Shown here one piece after another: positions 51,051 through 63,520 of a stretch of DNA of 64,000 nt (its first letter is position 1; each line of letters begins with the position of its first letter). The stretch comes from Vicugna vicugna (Eukaryota), in contig MU058059.1 in the NCBI GenBank assembly GCA_013265495.1, positions 1,835,502 through 1,899,501 of the forward strand, read 5' to 3'. The notes under the pieces were generated by a model. The model made no database searches. It was not told the DNA's origin and worked only from the letters and a program-made list of their open reading frames with translations. The position numbers and the translations under genes were made by a program.

Positions 51051-52719
51051 AAAACAAACGATAGTTCCCTAACTAGAGCAGTCAGTTGGTGCACTGGGGC
51101 TGTTCAGGAAGCCAGCAAAGCCATCAGAAGATAAAAATGTAATTGCACATACTACAGAAGAGACATGAACTACACAGACTTCAAGTTTATGTGATACCTT
51201 TGGAAGTTTGAAAATTATGTGAAATTTTAATTTGATAGAGAAATCTTAAGGCTTCAAAATAGATCTAAGAAAAATTAGTTATCACTAGATGCTAGACGTG
51301 CCCACATTCACTTTCCTTTTCAGTGCAGGCCAAGCTGAGCAGATGATTTGATGCTTTCTACTCAGGCTGTTACCTTCTTTTAGACATTTGCAACTGCACT
51401 GGAGATACTGTGCCATGAGGAACAGGTGATTCTGAGGCTGATGTATAAATAACAAAGCTTGCAGTTGTGAGAAGAGTCACGAGCTAGTCCTTATTCCAGC
51501 CAGCTAGCTAAGACATCTGTCTTCAGATGTTCTCACCATCCTGTCAAACTCAATACAGTCAAAGGTTAAGTTCATAATTTTTATCAGTTTACCTCCTGTT
51601 CATGGGACCACCATTCTCATTGTCCAAGATCCCTGCTGAGCCTCGTAATTTTTACTGCCTGAAGCTAACATTGCTGGAGCCTCTGTATTCCTATACAACT
51701 GTTGTCCTTTACCACTGCCCCAGTAACAGCCACCACTCACTCTTGCTCAACCAGCTGGCTCAGGCTAGTTTATGATTTCAGATGCGCCATTTCATCACAA
51801 CTGTCTTCTAATGGAAAACTCTGATGCTTCGGAAGGCATTATATCCGGTCTCCTTACTACCTGCTTGACTTTTGGGCTCTCCAATGTTAATCCCTATCCA
51901 GTCTGTTCTCTCTCCACCTACCCATCTCCCTACCTGCCGCCCATTCCCAACAGTCCCCTTTCTTTCAGCTGGATGGCTTAGACCCATGTGTCATGCTCCC
52001 ACACCCCCTTCTCCAGACCCAAACACCACCATGCATAAGAAAGCACTTTGTAAATTGGCTGTAGCCCACAAATGCTGCTAATAGTGCATTCTGCAAAGCC
52101 TACCTCTTTAAACCTTCCCAGACCTGTCTTTCTCGTAGTACCACAATTTAGCCCTTGATTTATAGTGTTCTGAAGTGAGAATACATATACCTCCTAGCCC
52201 AGCAATTCTAACAAAGCATTTTATCTATTTTCATCTCAATTTCTGGTTTGGGCACTAATTTGGCACTTAATTCATAAGCCTGTGTTGTTACATGGTTGTT
52301 CCTTATTCAGCCATGTGTGTATCATTCCTAATTACGATGCATCATTTTTGTAGATGGTTGTATAGACAGACAGAATAGGAAAACCAGTAATGTATGGTAT
52401 AAATGAGGCCTCATGAAGGTTATAAAGGTTGTACTAGCTGTGTTAAATGTGTTGGTTAGTTTTCTTTTTCTGTTGCTGATGTTTAATAGAGCTTGTCTTC
52501 AGATCAACTAGTTGTTGGACTTTTTTGTGGCAGGTGTGACTGAGGATTAAATTTCACTAAGATCAGTGTTACTGGCTCATCCAGGTGTTCTCTTTCTTTT
52601 TGAATCAGTTTTAATAATATTTCCTAAATATATGCCTTTTGATGATTGGTATCATAACCCCACTTACAGATGGAAAACTGAAGCTTAAAACCAGCACTGG
52701 GTGCTATAGAAGAAAAAGT

Positions 52720-53310
52720 TATGATGGTTCCTCAGAAAATTAGAAATAGACATACCATATGACCCAGTAATTCTACTTCTGGATACATATCCAAAAATAT
52801 TGAAAGTAGGGACTCAAAAAAATATTTGTATACCCATGCTCATAGCAGCATTATTCACTTTAGCAATTGCAATGCCCATTGATGGATGAATGGATAAACA
52901 AAATGTGATGTATATATACAGAATGGAATATTACTCAGCCTTAAAAAAGGAAGAAAACTGTGTCACATGCTACATCATGTTGAACCCATAGGACATTATG
53001 CTAAATGAAATAAGCCGCTCACTGAAGGACAAATACTGAAAGATTCCACTTATATGAGGTGTCTAGAGTAGTAGAACTCATACAGACAGAAATTAGAATG
53101 TTGGCTGCCAGGATCTAGGGATAGAGAGGAGTTAGAAATTAGTGTTTAATGGGTTCAGAGTTTGTTTTTCAAGATGAAATGAGTCTTGGAGCTGAAGGTG
53201 GTGATGATTATACAACAGTGTGAATGTACCTAATACCAGAGAACTGTACACTTAAAAATGGTTAAAATGGTAAGTTTTATGTTATCTGTATTTTACCACA
53301 ATTAAGAAAC
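52720..53310 (+). mobile_element. L1 3' end (L1MA/MB-like)
   Basis: taccatatgacccagtaattctacttctgg…ggacattatgctaaatgaaataagcc…gaactgtacacttaaaaatggttaaaatgg. Confidence 0.85.
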
Positions 53311-54939
53311 AGTGATGGATTAATAGGCAAGTTAAGTAAATGCTTGGGCCACCAAAAATAACTTTTTTAAAAATCTGATGTGTCTATAAAAGTACCATGG
53401 GAAAAATATGATTTTCAGTGAATGATGTTGCATGTCTTTTAAGATATGGATTTAAAAATTTTTTAAATTATTTGGTAGTGAGGGAACGGGTATCCACCTT
53501 TAGGCCATTGGGGCCTATAAAGTGGTGTTGTGAGATTTAGCAAATAAAAAATACAGAATGTCATACAATAGTTAAAAACATGTTCCTTGTTTATGTGAAA
53601 ATCAGATTTAACTGGCTGTCTTGTAGTTTACCTGGCAATCTGATTCTAAAGACCTGAATTCTACCTTGCTGAGAGAGGTTGAGGAACCAGCATAAGGCCC
53701 TGCAGTGAGAGTCAGAGGAGGTCTCTGACCTGGAGCCCAGGTTCTTTACCATCATGAGGAGACATCTAAACCAAGCTGGCTCTACTTGCGCTCTGTAGAG
53801 GCCAAAGGGGAGAGAGCTGGGTACTCCCTTGAGGGGATCTTCTAAGAGAGGCCTTGTAAGTAGTTATAACCATGAAATGCCCAAACTCTGTTTAAGCTTT
53901 ATTAATAAGTGGGGAGGGGAAGTAGAAGAGGAGAGGGACAGAGTGCACAAAGCCCATGGCAACTCTACCGTTGGATCTTTTCCTCACCCAGTGTGGTGGA
54001 CCAAGGTCTAGAATGTCCAAGCCATCATATACCCCTTAGATGGCTTCCATAGAGACATGAAGAGAAAGGCCACTCAGGAGACAGTGTGGGGGCGAGGCCT
54101 CTTACGCATTTTCACTACTGAGATGGCCAATTCCCTTTTAGTAATCCAGCTGCTCAAGTGAGCTGCCTGAAGACTGCAATTGTCCGCATTCCTTACATTG
54201 CCAGATGGCAGAGAACAGTCAGCACCTCCACAATTGGCTGCTACCTTTTTCTAAAATCTTCATGCGGTTATTTATTGGGAAGGAATTACAGATTTCAGAG
54301 ACATCAGCCAGGAGGTACAGATTGCCAGAAGGGTTCAGAAACATGAGCAAGGCATAGAAGAGAGGGACCGGGCCCAGGACCGCAGTTGCTTTCCTTGTTT
54401 ACCAAATTAAATCTCTCCCAGAAATAGAAATTGAACCTGTCACCTTCCATATTATAAAAGTAGCTCGTTGCTAAGAGTGGTAGAGACCTCTCTTCAATTA
54501 AGCATTTGCTAAGTGAAATAATTTTTCTGAAGCATATGGATTAGTAGCTGTTTTGACCCCAGACATGGCCACAGAGCAGAACTAAAATACATTTGGAGGG
54601 AACTAAATGAGCCTTCAGAAATCTTAGTTTAAAACCTCCTAGTTCATTAAGAGAACATTTATTTATGGCTTTTAAATTTTCCTTCTTTTGAACTTACCTG
54701 TATTCTCCCAGAAAAAGTAGCTGATCAAGGAGAACTGTTTCACCCCAAGGGGTGAAAAAAAAGAGCTAACTAGGTATGATGCCGCTTTTTTTTTTTTTTT
54801 AAATCCTGGAAAATGTTCCGTTAGGTTAGGTCCTGACAAAACGAGGATATAATTAGAGGAGGTTCACTCTCCTTCCTGTGCACCCTTCGCCCTCTAGGCT
54901 CTCTGGAGCCTGTTTAAAAGGCTTACGGGCAAACAGCTG

Positions 54940-54953
54940 GTGCCCTCTGCTGG
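54940..54953 (-). promoter_or_regulatory. Candidate CTCF site downstream of the LAMA1 3' end
   Basis: Minus strand CCAGCAGAGGGCAC fully matches the core CCASYAGRKGGCRS. Confidence 0.6.
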
Positions 54954-55190
54954 AATGTAACCAATAGTGTTGCTTGTCCATTATAGAAATTAGAGCCTAA
55001 AATCTTGGTAAAGAAATGAAAGTATTCATGCTCTGCTCTAATCTATTATAGTCTGTAGTGATATCTTTTTTTAAAGCTCAAAATGTAAAACATGAAATAA
55101 TGTCAAGTAACAGAATATTCAATGTTTTAAAAGATTCATTTTAAAAACCTTAAAAAAAGAGCCAATGAATTCAGTTTACATTTTAAACTA

Positions 55191-55196
55191 TTTAAT
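55191..55196 (-). promoter_or_regulatory. Probable LAMA1 polyadenylation signal (ATTAAA)
   Basis: tttaat on + is ATTAAA on -, ~170 nt after the stop, with T-rich sequence further downstream on -. Confidence 0.55.
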
Positions 55197-55364
55197 AGAG
55201 GCATTTGTTGTACACATGGTTTTAGTTTAACATAAACACAAAATTTCTCTCTGGAAACACTTAACCTGAGTTGGAAATGAATTCTGAACTGGAAAGATTT
55301 TAATTCACGAAATCATTCTCCTCAATATGTAAGTGACGCTGCCCAACTGAGGTCTCCCCAAAGT

Positions 55365-55525
55365 TCAGGACTCAGTCCCAGGACAGGAATGAGGGAAAAC
55401 TCCCTGTAGGTCAAAAGCTCTGCTGAAGTCATAAAATTGCACTTGTGGGCCCTTAATCAGAGTGAGCTTTCTCAGACAGCCCCGGAAGGAGGTCTGGCTG
55501 CTCAGGCAGTTTTGCTTTACATCAG
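55365..55525 (-). CDS. LAMA1: LAMA1 last coding exon (end of LG5)
   Basis: cctaaacag|CT...; (A)DVKQNCLSSQTSFRGCLRKLTLIKGPQVQFYDFSRAFDLQGVFPHSCPGTES then TGA. Confidence 0.96.
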
Positions 55526-56129
55526 CTGTTTAGGAAAGAAGAGAAGATACATCTTGCTTAATTTTATTACATGGGTAGCGCAATAGGAACAAAAATAATT
55601 TCATGTGGTTTCTACACTGAAGTTAGAATATTTTTCTACATAAATGGCTTCATTGGTAGGGGAATGCATAGAAAACTTAATACATGATATTTTCAGGCAT
55701 TGTTGTGACTTAAAAAGTCATAAAAGGGATCTTTATTTTATTATCATTTGTATCAATTACTTGGAACATCTAAAATGCATAATTCGAATCCAAAAATTGA
55801 TATGAGAGGATAAGACACGTTTGCCCTTTAAAATGACTGCCTGCCCCTAAAATGATTCCCCACTCTGGGCATCACTGGAGATGATCTGCCTCAGTGAAGT
55901 CATCCAGCATCACATCTGATGTTCTCTGCATCTTACCAAATGATCAAGTTATGTGTGTAGATAATTTCCCCAAGAATTCCTAGGTGTTTGAAATAGACTT
56001 TCTGAAATAGTAAAGGATTTGTCACTCAAGCCATGTATTTTTTTCATCCCTTTTCTGTATCCACCTGAACTAAGACTTGCCCCAGTGGCAATGCCCCTCA
56101 AAGTGAATGAGCAGAGCAGACATACGTAC

Positions 56130-56352
56130 CAGGATAGCCACCGACATAAATAGGATTGTTGGTGTCGGCAGAGGTGGACTGGGTGTGTGAACTTTCAGCT
56201 CGAACTGCATTCCCATCGATAATCAGAACCACACGATGTTTGCTTTTGTTTGCTTTAAGAGTGTGCCATTTTCCATCGCAGAGGGTATTTGGAGCTTTGG
56301 GTTCATATGTGGCTGTTATCCTGCCAGCACCGTTGTTAACATGAAACAAGAG
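56130..56352 (-). CDS. LAMA1: LAMA1 coding exon (LG5)
   Basis: ttgtttag|CTC...G|gtacgt; LLFHVNNGAGRITATYEPKAPNTLCDGKWHT...DTNNPIYVGGYP. Confidence 0.96.
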
Positions 56353-57459
56353 CTAAACAAACAACAGATAGAAACAAATTATCATGGTGAATTTTTCCAT
56401 ATTTAAGGAACACAGTCCATTCATATAATGTTCTTGGAGTGGATAAAATCACAGCATTCTGCTAAAAAGGAGGGATAACTATGAAAACCAAAAAATGGTT
56501 TTGAAAAATAGCTGCTTAAAGGATTCTGATACTATGCTATTCCTGAAATTTCAGAATGGACAAAGACCACCTCCCTGGGAACAAGCCTAAGGCACAATCT
56601 TAGCGTTGCATCCTCAAATCAGTGCCTCATTTTCAGGACAACAGAAACTGATGGGTTTACCAAAGATGTCAGTCTTAGCAGTTGCTATGGCACCTATAAA
56701 GAAACATTTACTAACTCCCTTCTAACAAACTACAGATGCTCTACTACAGCGCATGGTAACACAAAAAATCAGACGAGCAAAAGATGGGGTGGGGAGGGAA
56801 GAATTGTAAGTATCCTGTTGTAAGGTTCTTGTGCTATATGTGAAGCTACTCAATGTTATTTCAAGGTAGACTGTGACAGATTAAAAATGTATACTGTAAA
56901 GTCTTGGGCAGCCACTAAAAATAATTTTAAAAGAAAAATAAATAATCCAATAATAGAGGTAAAATATACATCAGAAATTACATTTTTTGTAGTTATTACA
57001 CTTCTGATAACATTTTCGCATGTCACATAAAAATGTGCAAATGGATACAAAAAGTTTCAAGATGATTTTGAAGTATAGGTGTGGGGAAAAGTTGGCTATA
57101 AGCCACAGTGTAGCAGTATGACATGGAGGCAGTTTTGTTTCCACATGAAGATGACTTAAAGGGGAAGAGACTAAGGGCAAGAGGTCAGGTGGTGACTTTC
57201 TTATATCCTCCCCACCCCCACCCTAGGATATCCTAGGGACCAAAGTCCCAGTGGAGAGTAAGTAGGGAAATGTGAGAAACAAGCTAATAAGCTGAGGGGA
57301 ATCAAGAGACCTGTTCCTTGCCTTCTAGGAGGCAGCAGCTCAGGAAAAGTCAAACATTGTAGTCCCACAACAATACAGGGTGACCACAGTGCAGGAAAAA
57401 TGGTGGCAAAACACGGTAGGTACAGAGAGGAGCTGAGAGATGCCCCAGGGCCAATGAGT

Positions 57460-60400
57460 GGTATATTCTTGCCTCCTTTGTCAAAGATGAGTTGATCATA
57501 GATCTGTGGATTTATTTATGGGCTCTCTATTCTGTTCCATTGATCCATATGTCTGTTTTTGTGCCAGTACCATTCTGTTTTGATTACTGTAGCTTCATAG
57601 TATTGTGTGAAGTCTAGGAGGGTTATTTCCCCAGCTTTGTTCTTTTTCTTCAGTATTGCTTTGGCAATTCTAGGTTTTTTGTGATTCCATATATTCCATG
57701 TTTGTTCTAGTTCTGTGAGAAATGTTCTGGGTAATTTGATAGGGATCGCATTAAATCTGTAGATTGCCTTCAGCAGTATGGCCATTTTAACAATATTAAT
57801 TCTTCCAGTCCAAGAACATGTGATATCTTTCCATTTCTTTAAGTCATCTCTAATTTCCTTAATCAGTGTTTTGTTGTTCTCCATGTATGTCTTTCACCTA
57901 CGTGGTCAGATTTATTCCTAAGTATTTTATTTTTTGGATGCAAGTTTAAAAGGGATTATTTATTTTTTTTGCCTGCTGTCATTGTTAGTATAAAGAAATG
58001 CAGCTGATTTCTATGTTAATCTTGTATCCTGCTACCTTGCTGAATTCTTTTATCAGCTCTAGTAGTTTCTGTCTGGAGCTTTTAGGGTTTTCTATATATA
58101 GTATCATATCTGGATAGAGTGACAATTTAACCTTTTCTCTTCCAATTTGGATGCCTTTTCTTTCATTTTGTTGCCTGACTGCAGTGGCCAGGACTTCCTA
58201 AACTATGTTGAATAGAAGGGATGAGAGGGAGATCATTGTTCCAGATTTTAGTGGGAAGGCTTTCAGTTTTTCACTGCTGAGTATTACACTGGCTGTGGGT
58301 TTGTCATGGATAGCTTTTATTATGTTGAGATGTGTTCCCTCTATACCCACTTTGGTAAGAGTTTTTATCATAAATGGGTGTTGAATTTTCTCAAATGCTT
58401 TTTCTGCATCTATTGAGATGATCATGTGGTTTCTGTCCTTTCTTTTTTTGATGTGGTGTATGTATCACGTAGATTGATATGCATATGTTGAACCAATCTT
58501 GTGTCCCCGGAATGATACCTACTTGATCATGGTGTATAATCTTTTTTATTTGCTGTTGGATTGTGTTTGATAATATTTTGTTGAGGATTCTTGCATCTAT
58601 GTTCATCAGTGATATTGGCTTGTCATTTTCTTTGTAGTGTCTTTGTCTGGTTTTGGTATCAGGGTGATAGTGACTTCATAGAATGAGTTTGGGAGTATTC
58701 TCTTGTCCTTAATCCTTTGGAAGAGTTTGAGAAGGACTGGTATGAGTTCTTTGTCTTCCTTTTCTTTTAATTTAAGTATAGTCAGTTACACTGTGTCAAT
58801 TTCTGGTGTACAACACAATACCCAAGGCATGCATATACATACATTTGTTTTCATATTCTTTTTTGTTAAAGGTTATTAGAAGATATTGAATATAATTCCC
58901 CTGTGCTGTGCAGAAATTTGATTTTTATCTCTTTTTGTATATAGTGGTTAACATTTGCAAATTGCAGAACTCCCAAAGTTATTCCTTTTCTGTTTGTTTT
59001 GTAGATGAATTCATTAGTGTCCTCTTTTTTCTTTTTTAGATTTCACATGTGTGTGATATCGTATGGTATTTCTTGTTTCTCTTTCTGGCTTAGTTCACCT
59101 AGAATGACGATCTTCAGGTCCATCCATGTTGCTGCAAATGGCATTATTTATTTCATTTCTCTCTCCTTCTGTGGTAAAGGAGAGTCTTGCTGGGTAGAGT
59201 ATCCTAGGTTGCATCTTTTTTTCATGCAGGACTTTGAATTTATCTTGCCACTCCCTCCTGGCCTGCAATGTTTGTGTGGAGAAATCAGCTCAAAGCCTTA
59301 TGGGGGTTCCCGTGTAACTCACTCTTTGTTTTTCTCTTGCCTCCTTTAGAATCATTTCTGTATCTTTATCTTTGGCCATCTTAATTGTAATAAGCCTTGG
59401 TGTAGGTCTATTTGGATTCTTCGTGTTTGGGACCCTCTGTGCTTCCTAGACTTGGGAATCTGATTTTTTTTTTTCAGGTTTGTGATTTTTCACTTACGAT
59501 TTCTTCAAATACCTTTTCAGTCCCCTTTTCTCTTTCTTCTCCTTCTGGGATCCCTATTATGTGTATATTGGCATGCTCTGCTTTATCCCACAGTCCATTT
59601 CATTAGTTTCCACTCATTTTTCTGTCATTCTGATTGGGTGACTTCTAGCTTGTCTTCTAAGCGAGATTTGTCCCTCTGCATTGTCTATGTGCTCTTCACT
59701 GCTTTTAGCTCAGCTGTCATCTCAGCCATTGAATTTTGTGTTTAATTGGCTCCTGTTTATAGTTTCTGTTCCCTTTTTATAGTATTCTCTGCCTGTATTC
59801 ATAGTCTCTCTTACTTCCTTCAGTGCTTTTATCGTCCCCTTTTTGAAGACTATCAAAGTGTATTTCATTTATCGTTCTTTTAAGGGGACTTCTCTTATTT
59901 TAATTAGGTTACCCTGCTGTTTCATTTTACTTATCTCTCTAGCACTATGGATTATGGAGTATCAGTTATCTACTGTGGTGTTGAAGGACTTTTTTTTTTT
60001 ATTAAAGAGGATGCATTCCTGTGTAGACTGTGCCTCTAATAGAGTGGTTGCTATGTCTTTCTTTGGTGTGTGTTGGCTGTTACCCCTTTGGGGGTGTGGT
60101 CTGTGTTGTGATGATCAGAGCCTGCCCTGGTTGTTGAGTGGGGCCCTCCTTTTTGTTTTATTTCTCTGGTGATGGTTGTATTTCTCCCTTTTTATTTCTT
60201 ACTTTGTTAGTGTCCTCTCTTTTCTTCTTGGTGAGCCTGGCCAGAGGTTTGTCTTTTTTGTTTTCTCTTTCAAATAAACCAGCTCTTGGTTTGATTGTTT
60301 TTTTTTTGTTTTTTTTTTTTAATCTCTATTTTATTTATTTCCTCCATGATCTTTATTATTTCCTTCCTTTTGCTGACTTTAGGCTTTTTTGTTCTTTATC

Positions 60401-60460
60401 TAATTTTAGGTGTAGGTTAGGTTGTTTGAGGTTTTTCTTGTTTTTTGAGGAATGTCTGTT
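57460..60460 (-). mobile_element. Nested L1 cluster in a LAMA1 intron: ORF2 fragment split by an internally deleted L1
   Basis: ORF2 RT remnants 57460-58745 ([18 protein letters not shown]), L1 3' end 58760-59150, ORF1/5' region 59155-60150, ORF2 linker 60160-60460. Confidence 0.85.
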
Positions 60461-60610
60461 AGGATTATCTATTTTTAAATATTAACTGAACCTTTTCTCC
60501 ATTCCTTGAAAGTGGATAATTGGAAGTTTGGACCTAGATATTTGTTTCTCAACTCCTTGGTCTCTGACACTAGGGGAAGGCTGGGGACTCTATCGAGATT
60601 AAGCACTTAC

Positions 60611-60744
60611 CTTGCCATTAACAAGCTCTAAACCAATGGCGTCCACTTTGGCGCTGCTGATACCCAAGAGGACACCATTTTCTGAGGAGGTGCGAAACTC
60701 CAGTGTGATGTTCAGATCTGACTGCACTTTGTAGCCTTCTTTGA
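60611..60744 (-). CDS. LAMA1: LAMA1 coding exon (LG5)
   Basis: gttctag|TC...AAG|gtaagt; (V)KEGYKVQSDLNITLEFRTSSENGVLLGISSAKVDAIGLELVNGK. Confidence 0.96.
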
Positions 60745-62031
60745 CTAGAACAAGCAAGGAAGCCCCCAAGTTAGTTGTGGGGCCCGGCCCAGCCCAGGAA
60801 GGTCCAGGCTCAGAAAGGCCAAGGGCTGGCGGGCTGTTTGGGCTTTGGGGCTTCTGAATGAGGTTCAAGAGACCTGGCTCCACTTTGGGAATGACTAACA
60901 AGTCACTTCCACCCGCTGCGCCTCAGCTCGCACATCTGTAAGATGAAGCCATGCTTTTAAAGACAGAGTCAGCTGGGCGAAACCTGAGTAAAGCTGCAGC
61001 AGGAACAGTCTCTCATCTAGAGCCACACAGGTAAAAAAATCAAAAGGGATTTGAGCCATATAATCCCTTCATCGTCTACCCAGGAACAGTGCACTTTATT
61101 TTCCCAGTAGCTACTTACTGGCTTTGTCATCTTTTGCTGAGTGCCTTAGAGTCCACACTGGGCTTTTTTTTTTTTAAGTGGTGTTTTAATTGAATTTTTA
61201 TTCAGGTGTTTAAAAAAAGTGACATAATAGGGGATATTAGCAATAGGAGGTAGTTGTTACTACGCCCAGGGCCGAGGGAAAAATGGGAGAAGCTGGTGTT
61301 ACTAGAGTTTGGAAGCACACAGTGAAGGAGAGAATCCTGCTAGTGTTTCCCCTTCCCACTCGCATCCCTAGCCTTCCATTGGAGCCTTCCTGGAAGCCCC
61401 AGGGCAAAGAAGCCCAGAAATTAGTTCCCTCTGATACAAAGCAGAACAGGAGCCTGGAGCATGGCTCTGAGTACAGACGGTAAGTTAACCAGCAAATGAA
61501 GCTTCTAAAAAGGGGAGAGAATGTAAGATATGTTACAAGGGCTAGATCTAAGTCTTGAGGAGTTTAAGGCATTTTAGAGAGTTAAATTACCCTACGTATA
61601 ACTGATTAATATTTCAACAATCTAAATGAAGTTAACTTCTTCATCAAATTTGACTTGCATTTGGCTGACTGGTTTAGACATTTTATGTTCCGGATTTTTA
61701 ATGCCAAGGCCTTTATTACCTTGGACAGTGAGAGCATGCATGCCTTGCATAAATTTGGGGAAAGTACAGATGAAACCAGCACTGCACGTTGCCCTCTGTC
61801 AGGAGCAGCACCACTCCTGGTGGGAGGCAGCTATCTGGATACCACAGGTCAGCAGGCTTTTCCACTAGAAGCTGAGAAATCAGAATACGCTGGAACAGTT
61901 AAGGAAATGTGGTCTTACTGCAACTAACTAGTTCAGTGGGTCCCGTCCTATCATATAGTTCTTGGATCCGTATCATCTCAGAGTGCAGGTGAATTCCCAA
62001 GATTTCTTTCCAGCTTGTTGATAATACATAC

Positions 62032-62185
62032 CAAGGGCTGCATATCCACTTCCTTCAAAGAAAGTTCCTTTCTGAGCTGCAGCATAGCACCTGCTGACTG
62101 CAAATGCAGACTCTGCATTGTCCTTGCCCAGCTGTTTGCCATTTACTGTCACCTCCCCAATGCAAGCAGGGATGCTGTGGGTGAC
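62032..62185 (-). CDS. LAMA1: LAMA1 coding exon (LG4-LG5 junction)
   Basis: ggcttag|GTC...G|gtatgt; VTHSIPACIGEVTVNGKQLGKDNAESAFAVSRCYAAAQKGTFFEGSGYAAL. Confidence 0.95.
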
Positions 62186-62633
62186 CTAAGCCAAGTGACA
62201 TGAGAGTAGATGAGGGTGAGAACACCAAGATGGGGAAGCACAAATTTTTCCTAACCTTCAACAAAACATTAAAATACTATCAGTTTTAAAATCTAATTGT
62301 CACAATACTTCACTGTCTAACCTAAACCTATTATAATGCAGTAAAAGAGTTTTTCTATTATAATCTACAAATACAAATTTGCTGGAGTTTCCTGAATTGT
62401 AATAGGGTTAAGTGACTGTGGAAAAGGAAATGTAAATCTTCATTAAGTAACAGGCAGGAAGGCTAGTCAGGCTTCAAGGAGAAAACCCAACACTTGATTT
62501 AGGGCCATGGTTTGAAAGGTTTGCCTCTTGCAGCCAAGCCCCAGGCCCAAACAGGATAATTTAAACACAAACATAAATATATTCCAAAACCTCAATAAAG
62601 GCAGAATGGGCCCGTGGAGAAAATGCTGCTTAC

Positions 62634-62792
62634 ATTCCCAATGTTCCTGGCCCTGTACTCAGAGGGAAGGCCTCCTAGGTACAGCTTTCCTTCCACATCC
62701 AGCGTGGTAGCATCTCCCACCGTGGTTACCATGGCAGACTCCTGGTTGTCAACCATCATGAAGCCCTTCTTTTTAAAGTATTCTGTCTTGAC
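62634..62792 (-). CDS. LAMA1: LAMA1 coding exon (LG4)
   Basis: gctctag|GTC...AAT|gtaagc; VKTEYFKKKGFMMVDNQESAMVTTVGDATTLDVEGKLYLGGLPSEYRARNIGN. Confidence 0.95.
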
Positions 62793-63330
62793 CTAGAGCA
62801 AAATGGAAACATGCGTAATTTCTAAGGAATGTGAGAAAACTAACAGATGTTGGTTTGCAACATCTGTTCACTATAGCAGTAATAACCTGAGTGAAATCTT
62901 AAAGGATGGCTCAGGTTTTCACAGTTGGTTTGAGAGGAGGCTGAGCCTGGAGCTGGCACAGGTGAAGTGGCTCCGAAGAACATGCTCCGAGTCCTGGTTC
63001 TAAGATCACAAACGTTGCGATGTCAGCTTCAGCCCATTCTTACCACTCGTGGGCTTGATTTACTTCTAGTCAGATCGAGAATGTTTTTGGTACCTTTCAT
63101 TCATTCTACCAGTGTTTGCTGAGTGCCTGCTAGGTGTCAGGCACTGAGCAAGCGAGGCCCTGGGGATATTTCAAGAAGCAGAAAAGGTCCCTGCCTGCAA
63201 GGAGGCAGATACCAGACGCAAAGCAAGCTAGGAATCAAAGGGAGTAATCCCACTTCCTCGGAGTGGAGCAGACGCAAGGGACGGGCGGAAGGAAACTTGG
63301 AACGAGCAATCACGTTTCCTGAGAGCGCAC

Positions 63331-63520
63331 CGTGTGCCACTGGCCGTCACTGAGCAGAGCAGGGTGCGAGACCTTGGTCCGGCCCTTCCCAAGGTCAAAC
63401 ATGAAGTGGAGGCGGCCCTCGTGCAGCTGGAGAGCAGCGTAATCCACCTGGTTCTGGTGAGCCGTGTAGTAAATCAGGCCGCTGGAGGCGAATGTTCGGA
63501 TTCTTAGCTGAACTGAGAGC
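63331..63520 (-). CDS. LAMA1: LAMA1 coding exon (LG4)
   Basis: ccctccag|G...ACG|gtgcgc; LSVQLRIRTFASSGLIYY...DYAALQLHEGRLHFMFDLGKGRTKVSHPALLSDGQWHT. Confidence 0.95.

Noticed and set aside
54692..54807. Possible extra minus-strand exon downstream of LAMA1 (ttttccag acceptor, CAG|GTAAGT donor)
   Set aside because: Lies beyond the LAMA1 stop and poly(A) signal, has a short pyrimidine tract and no linked exons; it also shows such motifs can occur by chance
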